From an uncultured Candidatus Binatia bacterium (GTDB lineage Bacteria; Desulfobacterota; Binatia; UBA9968; JAJDTQ01), in assembly GCA_965204205.1 (NCBI GenBank), contig OZ241976.1, positions 2,343,333-2,407,332 of the forward strand: a DNA stretch of 64,000 bases. The letters are read 5' to 3'. The notes beneath the pieces are model-generated. The model did no database searches, was not told where the DNA came from, and saw nothing but the letters and a program-made list of their open reading frames with translations. Shown one piece after another: positions 39,233 to 49,990 of the stretch (position 1 is its first letter; each line of letters starts with the position of its first letter). The position numbers were made by a program, and so were the translations under genes.

Positions 39233-40000
39233 CTAGAAGCCGATACGGATACCGGCCGCAAAGACGTGGTTCTCGGCCTCGGACTTGACCGATTGACCCG
39301 AGATCCAGTTGAGTTTGGGTTCTCCCGCGCCCTTGTACCGATATCCCACGTGAACCACCAGGGACTCCATCAGGCGATACGCCACCCCGCCGCCGAATTG
39401 GTAGGCGAGCACCCAATCGCCGTCGTCACCGCCAAAGCCGCTAATGACGTCAATAAGACCGGCCCCGGGAATCAACTCGGGTCCTTCCGGTACCCCCTTC
39501 GGCCGATCGATTTTGTACCTCTCGTACTGAACCCCAAGACCGCCGCCGAAATACGGGGTGAAACCAAGGCCCACGTCGAGGTCGTACCAGGCGTTGGCCA
39601 TCAGACCCAACGTCGTGCGGCTCCCTTTCCAATCTTCGGCGTTGATGGCTCTGACGGCGTCCGGCATGAGCTCGCGCCCGTTGAACGTGACTCGAGCGTA
39701 CTTGATGGAGTCGACGCCCGTCCGCCGCCAGGAGGCCTCTCCCTCCATCCGTAGCGGCCCCCAGCCGAAGCCGACGGCCAAGCTGTATCCCAGCGCGGAG
39801 TCGAAGTCGGTTTTGCCGTTAGCGTCCTTCGACTTGAAATCCGAGGCGGAACCCGAGGCCATGGCCACATCCGCGCCCAGATAGAGCCCGCTCCCCCGCT
39901 GGGCGTGCGCCGCGCTGGAGAAAACCAGCAGCGTCATGCACAGGAGCGCGGCGGCACCCACTGCACTCCTAAGAACCACCGGGCCGGCTAAGTTACCCAT
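39233..40000 (-). CDS. Outer-membrane beta-barrel protein (OmpW/OmpA-like porin family)
   Basis: Signal peptide ending AHA. Alternating amphipathic beta strands. C-terminal F. AGGAG RBS. Confidence 0.65.
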   Translation of the reverse strand: MGNLAGPVVLRSAVGAAALLCMTLLVFSSAAHAQRGSGLYLGADVAMASGSASDFKSKDANGKTDFDSALGYSLAVGFGWGPLRMEGEASWRRTGVDSIKYARVTFNGRELMPDAVRAINAEDWKGSRTTLGLMANAWYDLDVGLGFTPYFGGGLGVQYERYKIDRPKGVPEGPELIPGAGLIDVISGFGGDDGDWVLAYQFGGGVAYRLMESLVVHVGYRYKGAGEPKLNWISGQSVKSEAENHVFAAGIRIGF

Positions 40001-40067
40001 TTTGCAACTCCTTTCCCTCGCCTGCGAGGAGCGAACACTCGCTCTTCGTCGCGTGGTACCCGCCACA

Positions 40068-40090
40068 TGGGGCGACCGCCGGTCGCCCTT
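40068..40090. repeat. REP-like palindrome TGGGGCGACCGCCGGTCGCCCTT
   Basis: Same family, 3' of the M20 hydrolase stop. Confidence 0.5.
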
Positions 40091-40120
40091 ACAAAGTCAT
40101 CGCGCCTTGCCGACGACGAA

Positions 40121-40148
40121 AATTCCTGCGCAATTTATCGCAGGAATT
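40121..40148. promoter_or_regulatory. Perfect 10-bp-stem palindrome AATTCCTGCG-caatttat-CGCAGGAATT between the M20 hydrolase stop and the OMP gene start
   Basis: Read directly. AT-rich loop in an otherwise GC-rich intergenic region. Candidate operator or terminator. Confidence 0.3.
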
Positions 40149-40162
40149 TACGGGACACCACA

Positions 40163-41497
40163 CTAGCGACTCTCGGGGTCGAACACCTCCGTCGCGTCGA
40201 GCTTGCGCTGATACTCCAGGTACTCCTGCTTCGTCATGCGCGGCTTGTCGTTCTCGAGGATCCGCCGCGCCGCCCCGGCGTCGTCGTGCAGGAGGTCGAT
40301 GGCGGTCATGGCCAGGAGCTTGGCCGACTTGACGTACACCGAATCCTGGTCCACCAGAAGGTAGCCGTTGGTATGGCCGCCGCCCTGGGCGCCGGCGACG
40401 TAGGGCTGCACCGCCGGCATGATATGGGCCAGGTCGCCGAAGTCGGTGCTGCTGGTGCGGTGCTCGGTGCCGAGCGCGAACTGGCCGGCGCCGAACAACT
40501 CCTCCGCGTTCCCGCCCCACAGACGGGCCATGGCCTCGTTGTTGGTCTGAGGCAGGTAACCCGGTACCGTGGTGATCTCCACGCTTGCGCCGACCGCCAT
40601 GGCGGCGCCACGGAGCGCGTTGTCTACCTTGCGGTTGGCGTCGAGGATGCCCTCCAGGGTCTTGCCGCGAATGAAGGTCTCGACGGTCACCTCCGCCGGC
40701 ACCACGCTTACGGCGTCGCCGCCCCGGGTGATGATCGGATGGATGCGAATGGTGTCGTCATCGTAGAAGGTCTCGCGCTGGTAGGCGATGGCGGTCATGG
40801 CCAGGTTGGCGGCGTTGAGGGCGTTGATGCCCTTTTGCGGGCTCCCGCCGGCGTGCGCCGCCTTGCCGATGAAGCGTATCTTCTTGATGACGGCGCCGTT
40901 GGACGACCGTGCAACGTGGGAGGCGAGGGTGTCGGTCTTGGTATGGAACATCATCGCCAGGTCGACGTCGTCGAAGTGGCCGAGCCGGATGAGCTCCGCC
41001 TTGCCCGAAAGAAACTCGAGCTCGTCCCGCGCCTTGCGCTGCATGCGCCCGTCGACGTCGATCATCTCTTCGGCCGGAACGGCGAAGAACACCAGCGAAC
41101 CGCTGAGTTCCGGCAACACCGCGGCGGACAGCAGGCCCATGGCCGCGCCCACCATCCCCGCCACCTGCGCGTTGTGGCCGCAGGCATGGGCCGCGCCGGT
41201 TCGGGGATCGGCATGGGGGTGGTCCGGCACCCGGAGCGCGTCCAGCTCACCGAGTATGGCCAGTGTCGGACCCGGGCCGCCGCAGTCGCGGCGGCCCTTG
41301 ACGCCGGTGATGGCCAGACCCCGCCGCGGCTCGACCCCGAGCCCCTGGAGCCGCGCGGCTACCAGGTCCGCGGTGTTGTTCTCGTTGAAGCCCGTCTCCG
41401 GGTTGCGCAGGATCGTCTCGCCGACGTCCACGATCTCCCCCCTGCGGGCGTCGATGACCCGGCACGCCTCGGCCTTGAGATCCTCCCTGGAGGTCAT
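40163..41497 (-). CDS. M20-family metallohydrolase (amidohydrolase/hippurate hydrolase-like)
   Basis: 444 aa. Metal-binding H/D/E pattern of the M20 peptidase family (HACGH; H.K.D). Start MTSREDL, cat confirmed at 41495-41497. Confidence 0.8.
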   Translation of the reverse strand: MTSREDLKAEACRVIDARRGEIVDVGETILRNPETGFNENNTADLVAARLQGLGVEPRRGLAITGVKGRRDCGGPGPTLAILGELDALRVPDHPHADPRTGAAHACGHNAQVAGMVGAAMGLLSAAVLPELSGSLVFFAVPAEEMIDVDGRMQRKARDELEFLSGKAELIRLGHFDDVDLAMMFHTKTDTLASHVARSSNGAVIKKIRFIGKAAHAGGSPQKGINALNAANLAMTAIAYQRETFYDDDTIRIHPIITRGGDAVSVVPAEVTVETFIRGKTLEGILDANRKVDNALRGAAMAVGASVEITTVPGYLPQTNNEAMARLWGGNAEELFGAGQFALGTEHRTSSTDFGDLAHIMPAVQPYVAGAQGGGHTNGYLLVDQDSVYVKSAKLLAMTAIDLLHDDAGAARRILENDKPRMTKQEYLEYQRKLDATEVFDPESR

Positions 41498-41979
41498 GGA
41501 TCGTGCCGGAGCGCGTCTTCCAGCAGCGCCAGGGCGGCCTCGGTGAAAGCCCACATGTTGGCTTCCCGGTCCGGGCTGCCGGTTTCGATGGTGATGGCTT
41601 TCTCCACCGGTCCCACGATGGCCATGCAACTGTGGCCGGCCGCGTCACCGTAGCGATTCCCGGCCGGGCCGGTGGCGCCGCTTTCGGAAAGGCCCCAGGT
41701 GGTGTTCAACCGTCCCTGGATCAATCGCGCCATGTTCAGCGCATAGGACTCGGTGCTGCCCCGGACCGTCACCTCGCTCTCCGGCATCATCAGGAGACCG
41801 GCCCGGGCGTGCCGGGTGTAGATGACCCCGCCGCCGACGAAATAGGCCGAAGCCCCGGGCAGCGACAGCAGCGCGGCGGAGATCAACCCGCCGGTGGAGG
41901 ATTCAGCCACCGCCACGGTCTGGTTCTTCTCCTTGAGCAACTCGCCCACGGAACGTCCGAGGGTGATCAGATCCGGCAT
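41494..41979 (-). CDS. CinA-family protein (PncC-like nicotinamide-nucleotide amidohydrolase domain)
   Basis: 161 aa, motif VAESSTGGLISAAL. AAGGGGAGG RBS. 4-bp overlap with the downstream M20 gene. Confidence 0.8.
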   Translation of the reverse strand: MPDLITLGRSVGELLKEKNQTVAVAESSTGGLISAALLSLPGASAYFVGGGVIYTRHARAGLLMMPESEVTVRGSTESYALNMARLIQGRLNTTWGLSESGATGPAGNRYGDAAGHSCMAIVGPVEKAITIETGSPDREANMWAFTEAALALLEDALRHDP

Positions 41980-42089
41980 GGGCCCTCCCCTTCTGGATTC
42001 CGGCTTCCGCCGGAATGACGGATGCGAAGCGTCATTGGTTCACCCGCCGGCCACGGGCCTTCCAAAGCAGCAACGGAAGCTCCCCGAAG

Positions 42090-43553
42090 TCATGCGCCGC
42101 CGCCCTTCTGCAACGACAGCGACAGGCCCGGCCGGCGCACGTGGATGCCGGCGTAGCGGCCGCGGTCGGTGAGCCGCTCCATCAGCTTCATCATGGGAAG
42201 CCTGGCGCTCAGGTACTCCCGCGGCGGGCCGGCGGCGCGCATGGCGGCGATCTCTTCCTCGCTCAACATCCACCGCAGCAGCAACTCCTCGTCGCTCACA
42301 CCCGGGCCGCCGAGCTTGCGTCTCACCTCTTCGATGGTGAGATCCGGCGGCTCCCACGCGGCCATCTCCTTGCCCCGGGGACGGTCCAGGATCTTGTGCC
42401 TGACGTCCGGGTCCATGGTCTCGGAGCCTTCCCGGCCCCAGAGCCCGAGCGCGTACTGGATGATCTGGTCGGTGACCTCGCGGTAGGGTTCGCCGACGAT
42501 GACGTTGATGGCCGCCTGACTGCCGACGAACTGCGAGAGCGGCGTGACCATGATGGGATAGCCGAGATCGGCCCGCACCCGCACGACCTCCTCCAGCGCC
42601 TCTTCCACCTTGCCTTCCAGACCCACCTTGGCGAGCTGGTGGCGCAGATTCGAGATCATCCCCCCCGGGACCTGGTGCTGGTACTGGGCGTAGTCGTATT
42701 CCACCGGCGCGCCCATGGGAAAGCCCTCCCGCCGGGCCACGGCGGTGAAAAATTCCGACACTTCCTCAAGGGCGTCGGTGTCCACGGCGCAGTCATAGCC
42801 CAGGGCGCGGAGGTTGGCGGCGACGCTGAACACCGACGGGTTCGAGGAGGCGTTGGCCAGCGGCGGCACCGCCGTGTTCACCGTGCGGATGCCGAGCTTG
42901 ACCGCCTCCAGGCAGCACAACGGACCCAGCCCCGTGGTGCAGTGGGTGTGCAACTCCACCGGGATGCCGCCGGCGTTCTCGAAGATCATCGGCACCAGGG
43001 TGCGGGTGCGCTCGGGGGTGAGGAGGCCGCCGGGATCCTTGAGGCAGAGGAACGGCACGCCCAGGGACGCGGCCTCGCGGGTCTTCCGCGCGTAGTACTC
43101 GTCGGTGTGCTTCGGAGACACCGAGTAGATCAGGTTGACGATGGGCTGGAGGCCGTTCTTGCGCGCGATGCCGACCTTGCGCTCCCACCCCTCCAGCTCG
43201 TTCCACTCCTCCGAGATGCGCGCCTGCCGGATGCCGTTGGCGGCCATGCGCTCGATGAAGAGCTCGTACACCGACACCGGCGTGATCTCGAACGCGTTGA
43301 CGCGGCCGGCCATGAGCCGCAGTGGCGTCCGCGTGACGCGCTCCGCCACCATGCGCACGCGGTCCCAGGGATCCTCCTTGAGCTCCCGGACGCACTTCTT
43401 GAGGTGGGACGCGGACATGAGCTCGATGGCGTCGAAGCCGGCCTCGTCCATGGTCCGGGCCACCGGCAGCATCATGCCCGTGGTCATCCGCTCGGCCCAC
43501 AGGCTCTGGTGGCCGTCGCGCAACGTGGTGTCTACGAATCGGATTTCGTCCAT
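42090..43553 (-). CDS. Carboxyltransferase (oxaloacetate decarboxylase alpha / pyruvate carboxylase subunit B-like 5S domain) lacking an obvious biotinyl domain
   Basis: N-terminal DTTLRDGHQS (HMGL-like TIM barrel). 487 aa. No AMKM biotin-attachment motif seen. GAGGA RBS. Confidence 0.75.
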   Translation of the reverse strand: MDEIRFVDTTLRDGHQSLWAERMTTGMMLPVARTMDEAGFDAIELMSASHLKKCVRELKEDPWDRVRMVAERVTRTPLRLMAGRVNAFEITPVSVYELFIERMAANGIRQARISEEWNELEGWERKVGIARKNGLQPIVNLIYSVSPKHTDEYYARKTREAASLGVPFLCLKDPGGLLTPERTRTLVPMIFENAGGIPVELHTHCTTGLGPLCCLEAVKLGIRTVNTAVPPLANASSNPSVFSVAANLRALGYDCAVDTDALEEVSEFFTAVARREGFPMGAPVEYDYAQYQHQVPGGMISNLRHQLAKVGLEGKVEEALEEVVRVRADLGYPIMVTPLSQFVGSQAAINVIVGEPYREVTDQIIQYALGLWGREGSETMDPDVRHKILDRPRGKEMAAWEPPDLTIEEVRRKLGGPGVSDEELLLRWMLSEEEIAAMRAAGPPREYLSARLPMMKLMERLTDRGRYAGIHVRRPGLSLSLQKGGGA

Positions 43554-43622
43554 CGGTCCTCGCGCGGCCGGCGCCGGCCGCCAAGAAATATTCGCCGCCT
43601 TGCGCTTCGCGGCGGTGCCCAC

Positions 43623-43645
43623 AGGGGCGACCGCGGGTCGCCCCT
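43623..43645. repeat. REP-like palindrome AGGGGCGACCGCGGGTCGCCCCT
   Basis: Identical core to the 7898 copy. 3' of the amidohydrolase B stop. Confidence 0.5.
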
Positions 43646-43777
43646 GCCCAGGATGCTGGACCCAACAGGGTCGCCACGTTGTCCCACGGGACGCGGGCGG
43701 CCCCTAGGCCCTCACCCGGCCTTCGGCCACCATCTCCCAGAGGGAGAGGGGTTGCGTTCGACTAGTCGGACAGACTC

Positions 43778-44947
43778 CTACTCCAGGATGCGGGAACCGA
43801 ACAGCGTCACCGCGTTGTCCCACAGGATCTTGGCCTTGGCCTCGTCCGGTATCGGTTGCGCGTCCAGGTCCGGCAGCGCCTTCTCCGGCCGCGGCGCGTC
43901 CGGATGGGGATAGTCGGTGTTCCAGGCGATGTTGTCCCCGCCCAGGTGGTCCACCGCGTAGGACAGCGCGCTCTCGTCGCTGTCGCAGGTCACCGTGATC
44001 TGGCGCTTGAAATACTCGCTCGGCAGCATCGGCAAACGCTCCACCGCGTTGCCCATGACGCTGTTGCGCCCATGGGTATGCTCATCCATCCGGCCGAGCC
44101 AGAAAGGCACCCAGCCGACGTTGGACTCGAGGATCCCCAGCCGCAGCTTGGGGAAACGCTCGAGGATGCCGGTGAAGATGAACTGTCCCATGGTGGCCAT
44201 GTTGTCGCACGGGAAACCCAGGGCGTGGTCGAGACCCCGCAGCGCCAACATCTGCATGTCGCGATCGTCCACGTTGCCGCGGTTGCCGCCGGCGAAGGGA
44301 TGGAAGCGGCGCTGACGGTACTCGCCGTGAACCGAAATGGGGAACTCCAGCTCGCAGGCCAGTTCCCACAGCGCGTCGTACTCGGGCTCGTGCAGCCAGC
44401 GGCCCTCGGGCAGGAACGGGTTCCGCACGGACACCGCGCCCAACTCGTCCACCGCCCGCCGCGCCTCCACCAGCATGGCGTCGGTATCCGATCCCGGAAG
44501 CACGGCGACGAACTTGAGGCGCTTGGGGTCTGCGTCGCAGTAGTCCCGGCACCAGTTGTTGTAGGCCCGGCACATGGCCGCCCCGAGCTTGGCGTCCTTC
44601 AGCGCCACCCGGTAGGCGAAGTTGCCGTTGTTGCCCGTGGGCAGCAGCACCTGCACGTCCCAGCCGTGCGTGTCCATGTCCTTGAGCCGGGTTTCCGCGG
44701 ACCACCACGTGCGGTACCCGTCGCCGTACTTGGCTTCCATGTCGGCCCACGCCGTGGCGGGCAGCTTCGGCTGCTTCTCGGTCTTGGGGATGATCCGCCC
44801 ATCCGGCTCGTAGACCATGAAGGCGCCGTCCATGAACGCCACCTTGGGCACCTGGTCCCGGTACGCGGGCTCGACGTAGCGCTCCCACAGGTACTGCGGC
44901 TCGTGCATGTGCGCGTCCGCGTCCATCACCTTGAATCCCTTCCACAT
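43778..44947 (-). CDS. Amidohydrolase_2 (PF04909) family protein, copy B
   Basis: N-terminal MDADAHMHEP metal-ligand motif. AAGGAG RBS. Confidence 0.8.
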   Translation of the reverse strand: MWKGFKVMDADAHMHEPQYLWERYVEPAYRDQVPKVAFMDGAFMVYEPDGRIIPKTEKQPKLPATAWADMEAKYGDGYRTWWSAETRLKDMDTHGWDVQVLLPTGNNGNFAYRVALKDAKLGAAMCRAYNNWCRDYCDADPKRLKFVAVLPGSDTDAMLVEARRAVDELGAVSVRNPFLPEGRWLHEPEYDALWELACELEFPISVHGEYRQRRFHPFAGGNRGNVDDRDMQMLALRGLDHALGFPCDNMATMGQFIFTGILERFPKLRLGILESNVGWVPFWLGRMDEHTHGRNSVMGNAVERLPMLPSEYFKRQITVTCDSDESALSYAVDHLGGDNIAWNTDYPHPDAPRPEKALPDLDAQPIPDEAKAKILWDNAVTLFGSRILE

Positions 44948-45114
44948 GATGGCGCTCCTTTCAGTCGCGCGCCGTCTGCAGGCACGGCACGGTACGCCTG
45001 TTACTATTCACTGTTTCGCGTCCCGCTTCAACCGCACGGCCGGCCCTTGACAGCCGCGCGACGATTCCATTAGGGTCCCGGCCGTACCCACAAGGCCGAA
45101 CTCGAGAGAACATC

Positions 45115-45783
45115 GTGACGTCGCACGCCTTTGTAGCCTCGGTTGTTGAGGAGATCATCGCCCCCGGAGTCGAACGGCTGCTGGCGGGACGGTATTTTTC
45201 CGACCTGCGCCACGGCACGCTGTCGAAGCGAAGACTCCAGGGCTTCGCGCTTCAGCACTACCTCCTCAACGTCGCCATCAACAAGGGCTTCACCCTGTGC
45301 ATGGCCAAGAACGCCCACAACCAGGAACTCTACGACCTGTTCCTCCATGCGTTCACGGAAGAACAGACGCACCCGGACCTGATGAAGCGGTTCGGCCTTG
45401 CCATCGGCCTGACCGCAGAGGACTTCGACGAGGCCCTGCCCATCTTCGAATGCCAGGCCCACGCCGCGGCGATACTCAGGGGCATGTTCCTGGGCTCGCC
45501 CGCCGAAAGCCGCACGAGCGCACTGGTGAATGAGAGCATGGTGGGCCGTTACGCGGCGGAGTTCGACGCCTGCCTTGCCCAAGGGTACGGCATCAACGAC
45601 TACGACCGGGAGTTCTTCACGGTGCACGCGGTGGCGGACCAGGAGCACACGGCGCTGGCGGCGCGGGTTGTCGAACGGTACTGCACGACCGAGCGGGACC
45701 GTCGCGTCGTCGAGCACGCGGCCCGCAACATGGTCCGCTTCAAGCTGGCCAAGTTCGACGGCATCTATGACGCCTACGCGTGA
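45115..45783 (+). CDS. TenA/PqqC-like haem-oxygenase-fold protein, paralog 3 (more divergent)
   Basis: All-helical 222-aa protein with an H/E-rich pattern similar to the two upstream paralogs. GTG start, weak RBS. Confidence 0.5.
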   Translation: MTSHAFVASVVEEIIAPGVERLLAGRYFSDLRHGTLSKRRLQGFALQHYLLNVAINKGFTLCMAKNAHNQELYDLFLHAFTEEQTHPDLMKRFGLAIGLTAEDFDEALPIFECQAHAAAILRGMFLGSPAESRTSALVNESMVGRYAAEFDACLAQGYGINDYDREFFTVHAVADQEHTALAARVVERYCTTERDRRVVEHAARNMVRFKLAKFDGIYDAYA

Positions 45784-45854
45784 GCCGAGCGGTCGTGTGA
45801 GCGGAACGGTTGACGGCCGGCGGAGCGGCTCTATAATCAGGGAAGGGGGTCAGC

Positions 45855-46541
45855 ATGGAAGACAAGACCGAATCCGTCTCGTTGCCCGGAATCCTTTCCG
45901 TGTTTCCGCTTACCGGCGTGCTGCTGCTGCCCGGCACGCGGCTTCCGCTGCACATTTTCGAGCCCCGCTACCGGAACATGGTGCATGACGCGCTCGAGGC
46001 GGAGGGCGTTTTCGGCATGATCCAGCCCTTCGTTCCGCAAAAGGACAACCGCCCCCAACCCGGCGCCGAACGCAGCATGCCCGACCTCTACCCCGTCGGT
46101 TGCGCCGGGCACATCGAGCGCTGGGAGCAAGCCCCCGACGGCCGCTACATGGTGCAGCTTCGCGGCATCAGCCGGTTCCGCGTCAAGGAAGAGCTGTCCC
46201 TCGAACGCGGCTATCGCCGCGTTTTGCCGGACTACGACTGTTTCGGCGACCTCGCGGAGACGGACCCCCCGACCGTCGACCGCCAGCACCTGACGCAGGC
46301 GCTGGAAGGCTATGCACAGGGCCACGGCCTCAACATCGACATTCGTCAACTCGACCCGGTGTCGGATGCCGACCTGATCAACTTCCTGGGAGTCGCCATG
46401 CCCTTCCATCCGTCGGAAAAGCAGGCACTGCTGGAAGCCGGTTCCGTGGAGGACCGGGAGCAGGTCCTCATCAGCCTGCTGGAATTCGGCGGCGGCGCCG
46501 CGCCGGCGCCCTCCACCCCGGGCTCACGCACCCTCAACTGA
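45855..46541 (+). CDS. LON substrate-binding (Lon N-terminal) domain protein
   Basis: LPLFPLTGVLLLPGTRLPLHIFEPRY motif typical of Lon-N/PUA-like domains. GAAGGGGG RBS. Confidence 0.75.
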   Translation: MEDKTESVSLPGILSVFPLTGVLLLPGTRLPLHIFEPRYRNMVHDALEAEGVFGMIQPFVPQKDNRPQPGAERSMPDLYPVGCAGHIERWEQAPDGRYMVQLRGISRFRVKEELSLERGYRRVLPDYDCFGDLAETDPPTVDRQHLTQALEGYAQGHGLNIDIRQLDPVSDADLINFLGVAMPFHPSEKQALLEAGSVEDREQVLISLLEFGGGAAPAPSTPGSRTLN

Positions 46542-46558
46542 GTTTCGCGTTCCGAAGA

Positions 46559-47845
<1,287 letters not shown>

Positions 47846-47857
47846 TGGAAAGGATGC

Positions 47858-47881
47858 AGGGGCGACCGGCCGGCCGCCCCT
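47858..47881. repeat. Degenerate REP-like palindrome AGGGGCGACCGGCCGGCCGCCCCT
   Basis: Same family with one stem mismatch. Between the amidohydrolase C stop and the rSAM start. Confidence 0.4.
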
Positions 47882-47898
47882 GCGATTTCAACCGCCGC

Positions 47899-48759
47899 TC
47901 AATCCATGCCGAAGAACTTCTTGGCGTTGTCCAGCATGAGCTTCTGCTTGACCTCGGGCTTGATGGTGATCTTCTCGAAGTCGTCCAGCCAGCGCTCCAC
48001 GCCGATGGCCGGCCAGTCGGACCCGAACATGGCCTTGTCCTGCAGGATCGAGTTCACCTGCTGAATCAGCTCGGCCGCGAAGTACTTGGGCGACCAGCCC
48101 GACAGATCGATGTAGAAGTTGCTCTTGTGCCGGGCGATGGCCAGGCTCTCGGCCGTCCAGGGCCACGACGGGTGAGCGCAGATGATCTTCAGCTCGGGGA
48201 AGTCCGCGGCGACGTCGTCCAGGTGGATGGGCTGGGTGAACTTGAGCTTGTTGCCCATGCCGCCGGGGGTGCCGGCGCCGGCGCCGGCCATGCCGCTGTG
48301 GAACAGGATCGGCAGCTCGAGCTTCTGGCATTCCTCCCACAGGGGATAGAAGCGCGTGTCGTTGGGGAAGAACTGCTGCCGCGCCGGGTTGATCTCGCCC
48401 ACGCCGTGCAGGCCCATGTCCTTGATGCGCCGGATCTCCTGCAGCGCCACCTTCTGCTGCCACGGATCGATGACGCCGAAGCCCAGGAAGACGTCGGAGT
48501 TCCGCTTCACGCCGTCGGCCACGTGCTCGTTGGGCACCGGTTTCAGCCCCGTGATGGTTTCGTCGGTGGTGTTCTGAATCACCGCCATCATGTTGCGCGC
48601 GCGGTACTCGTCCGCCATCTCGTCGATGGAAACCGGCTTGCGTTCCCGCTTGAAGTACTGGGCCATCTGCTTCGGGCGGTCGCCCTTGGAGCTCAGGGTC
48701 AGCTCGTCGCAAAGGTGTACGTGCACGTCAATGGCAATCGGGTCCGTAATCGGGTCCAT
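47899..48759 (-). CDS. Amidohydrolase_2 (PF04909) family protein, copy C
   Basis: Starts IDVHVHL (HxH). 286 aa. AGGAGG RBS. cat confirmed at 48757-48759. Confidence 0.8.
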   Translation of the reverse strand: MDPITDPIAIDVHVHLCDELTLSSKGDRPKQMAQYFKRERKPVSIDEMADEYRARNMMAVIQNTTDETITGLKPVPNEHVADGVKRNSDVFLGFGVIDPWQQKVALQEIRRIKDMGLHGVGEINPARQQFFPNDTRFYPLWEECQKLELPILFHSGMAGAGAGTPGGMGNKLKFTQPIHLDDVAADFPELKIICAHPSWPWTAESLAIARHKSNFYIDLSGWSPKYFAAELIQQVNSILQDKAMFGSDWPAIGVERWLDDFEKITIKPEVKQKLMLDNAKKFFGMD

Positions 48760-48875
48760 GCTTCCTCCTTGGGGGTTTCTCGAAAGTCGAAGGGCGCCGT
48801 GACAACAGAGTTTCCCTAGCACGATCCGCAATGGCTGGCCAGTGCATCACGCGGCTCGGGAATTGAAGTGCCTGC

Positions 48876-49361
48876 CTATTCCTCCCAGGGCGCGGCGGTC
48901 AACGCGTTGAGGGCATTGTCGAGCATCCGCCGCATGAACTCGGAGTTGCTGCCCTCGTTCAACTCGTAGCGCACGCCGGTCACGATCGTCACACCCTGCT
49001 CCTGGTCTTCCAGCACCGTGTGAAGCTCCACCTGGAACAGCGCGAAGGGGGTGTCGTCCAGCCGCTCCCGGGTCCGCGTGGCATTGCCCTTGAGGTAGTA
49101 GTTGAGGCCGTGGTCGGTGACCACCAGGGTCAGCGCGCCGGTGCGCACGAGGTTCCTTTCCGTGGTGCTGTTCTTGCCCACGGCCAGGTGGATGCGTCCC
49201 GGGCTCTTGGCCACCAGCTCGTAGTAGGAGCCCATGGCCGGGTGGCACCAGCCGGTCTCGTCCACCGTCGCCATGATGAAAACCTTGCCGGCTTCGACGG
49301 CCTTGCCGCTCATCAGCGCGAACAGGTCGTCCGGCATTTCTTTGCCCACTAGTCGTGACAC
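48876..49361 (-). CDS. Pyridoxamine 5'-phosphate oxidase-family (FMN-binding split-barrel) protein
   Basis: 161 aa, PNPOx-like beta-barrel pattern. GTG start with a GGGAGGA RBS 7 nt upstream. Confidence 0.65.
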   Translation of the reverse strand: MSRLVGKEMPDDLFALMSGKAVEAGKVFIMATVDETGWCHPAMGSYYELVAKSPGRIHLAVGKNSTTERNLVRTGALTLVVTDHGLNYYLKGNATRTRERLDDTPFALFQVELHTVLEDQEQGVTIVTGVRYELNEGSNSEFMRRMLDNALNALTAAPWEE

Positions 49362-49421
49362 GATGCGATCCTCCCTGTCTCGATGCGGTCCCAGGCCCGC
49401 CGCGGTTCCGGTCCGGCGGCG

Positions 49422-49895
49422 TCAGTCCTTGCCCAGGGCCAACTCCTGCCTCTTGCCGAACCCTTGCTGATTGTCGATGTAGTACAAGGTCTCCGGAATC
49501 ACGCGGTAGAACTTCACCTTGAGAAACGCCCGGTGATAGACCCCGCTCGAAGGGTCCGTGAACAGCTTGATGACGCCGGGGTATTTCCGCGCGTAGACCG
49601 CCATGGCCTTGGCCTTGGTCACCACTGAATCCACCAGCTCCACGGTCCCCTCAAGCTGGATACCCTTGATCTCTCGCCAGTCCTTGTAGTCCTCCTGGAC
49701 CGTCACCGCTACCCGCGGGTTGGCCGCGAGATTGGTACAGTGACGCGAGTCCGGGGCGGAGAAGAAATAGAGATGGAAGCCGTCGCTGGCGTAGAACACC
49801 GTGGCATTCCACGGCGCCCCGTCCGCGCAGGTGCCGAGGGTCATGGTGTTGTGGGTCCGGAGGTAGTCGAGGACCTGTTCCTCAAGATCGGCCAT
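49422..49895 (-). CDS. Pyridoxamine 5'-phosphate oxidase-family (general stress protein 26-like) protein
   Basis: 157 aa from MADLEEQVLDYL. Motif NATVFYASDGFHLYF resembles the PNPOx split barrel. An alternative TTG start lies 7 codons upstream. Confidence 0.65.
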   Translation of the reverse strand: MADLEEQVLDYLRTHNTMTLGTCADGAPWNATVFYASDGFHLYFFSAPDSRHCTNLAANPRVAVTVQEDYKDWREIKGIQLEGTVELVDSVVTKAKAMAVYARKYPGVIKLFTDPSSGVYHRAFLKVKFYRVIPETLYYIDNQQGFGKRQELALGKD

Positions 49896-49990
49896 GTGTA
49901 GAAAGGCTCGGGACAAACGGTTGCGAAACCGTTTCCCGTTGGTCCTGAGCGTAGCTCCGCGTCAGCGGAGCGAAGTCGGAGGACGACAAA

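Larger units (their letters stand above)
40025..40155. repeat. Partial copy of the 2030..2136 repeat element, with an embedded REP palindrome and a terminal CACTAG
   Basis: Shared segments (cgctcttc.tcgcgtggt.cccgccaca and gtcatcgcgccttgccgac.acgaaaa) with the element abutting IS5 copy A. Ends ...cacactag, the same context into which IS5 copy A is inserted. Confidence 0.4.
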
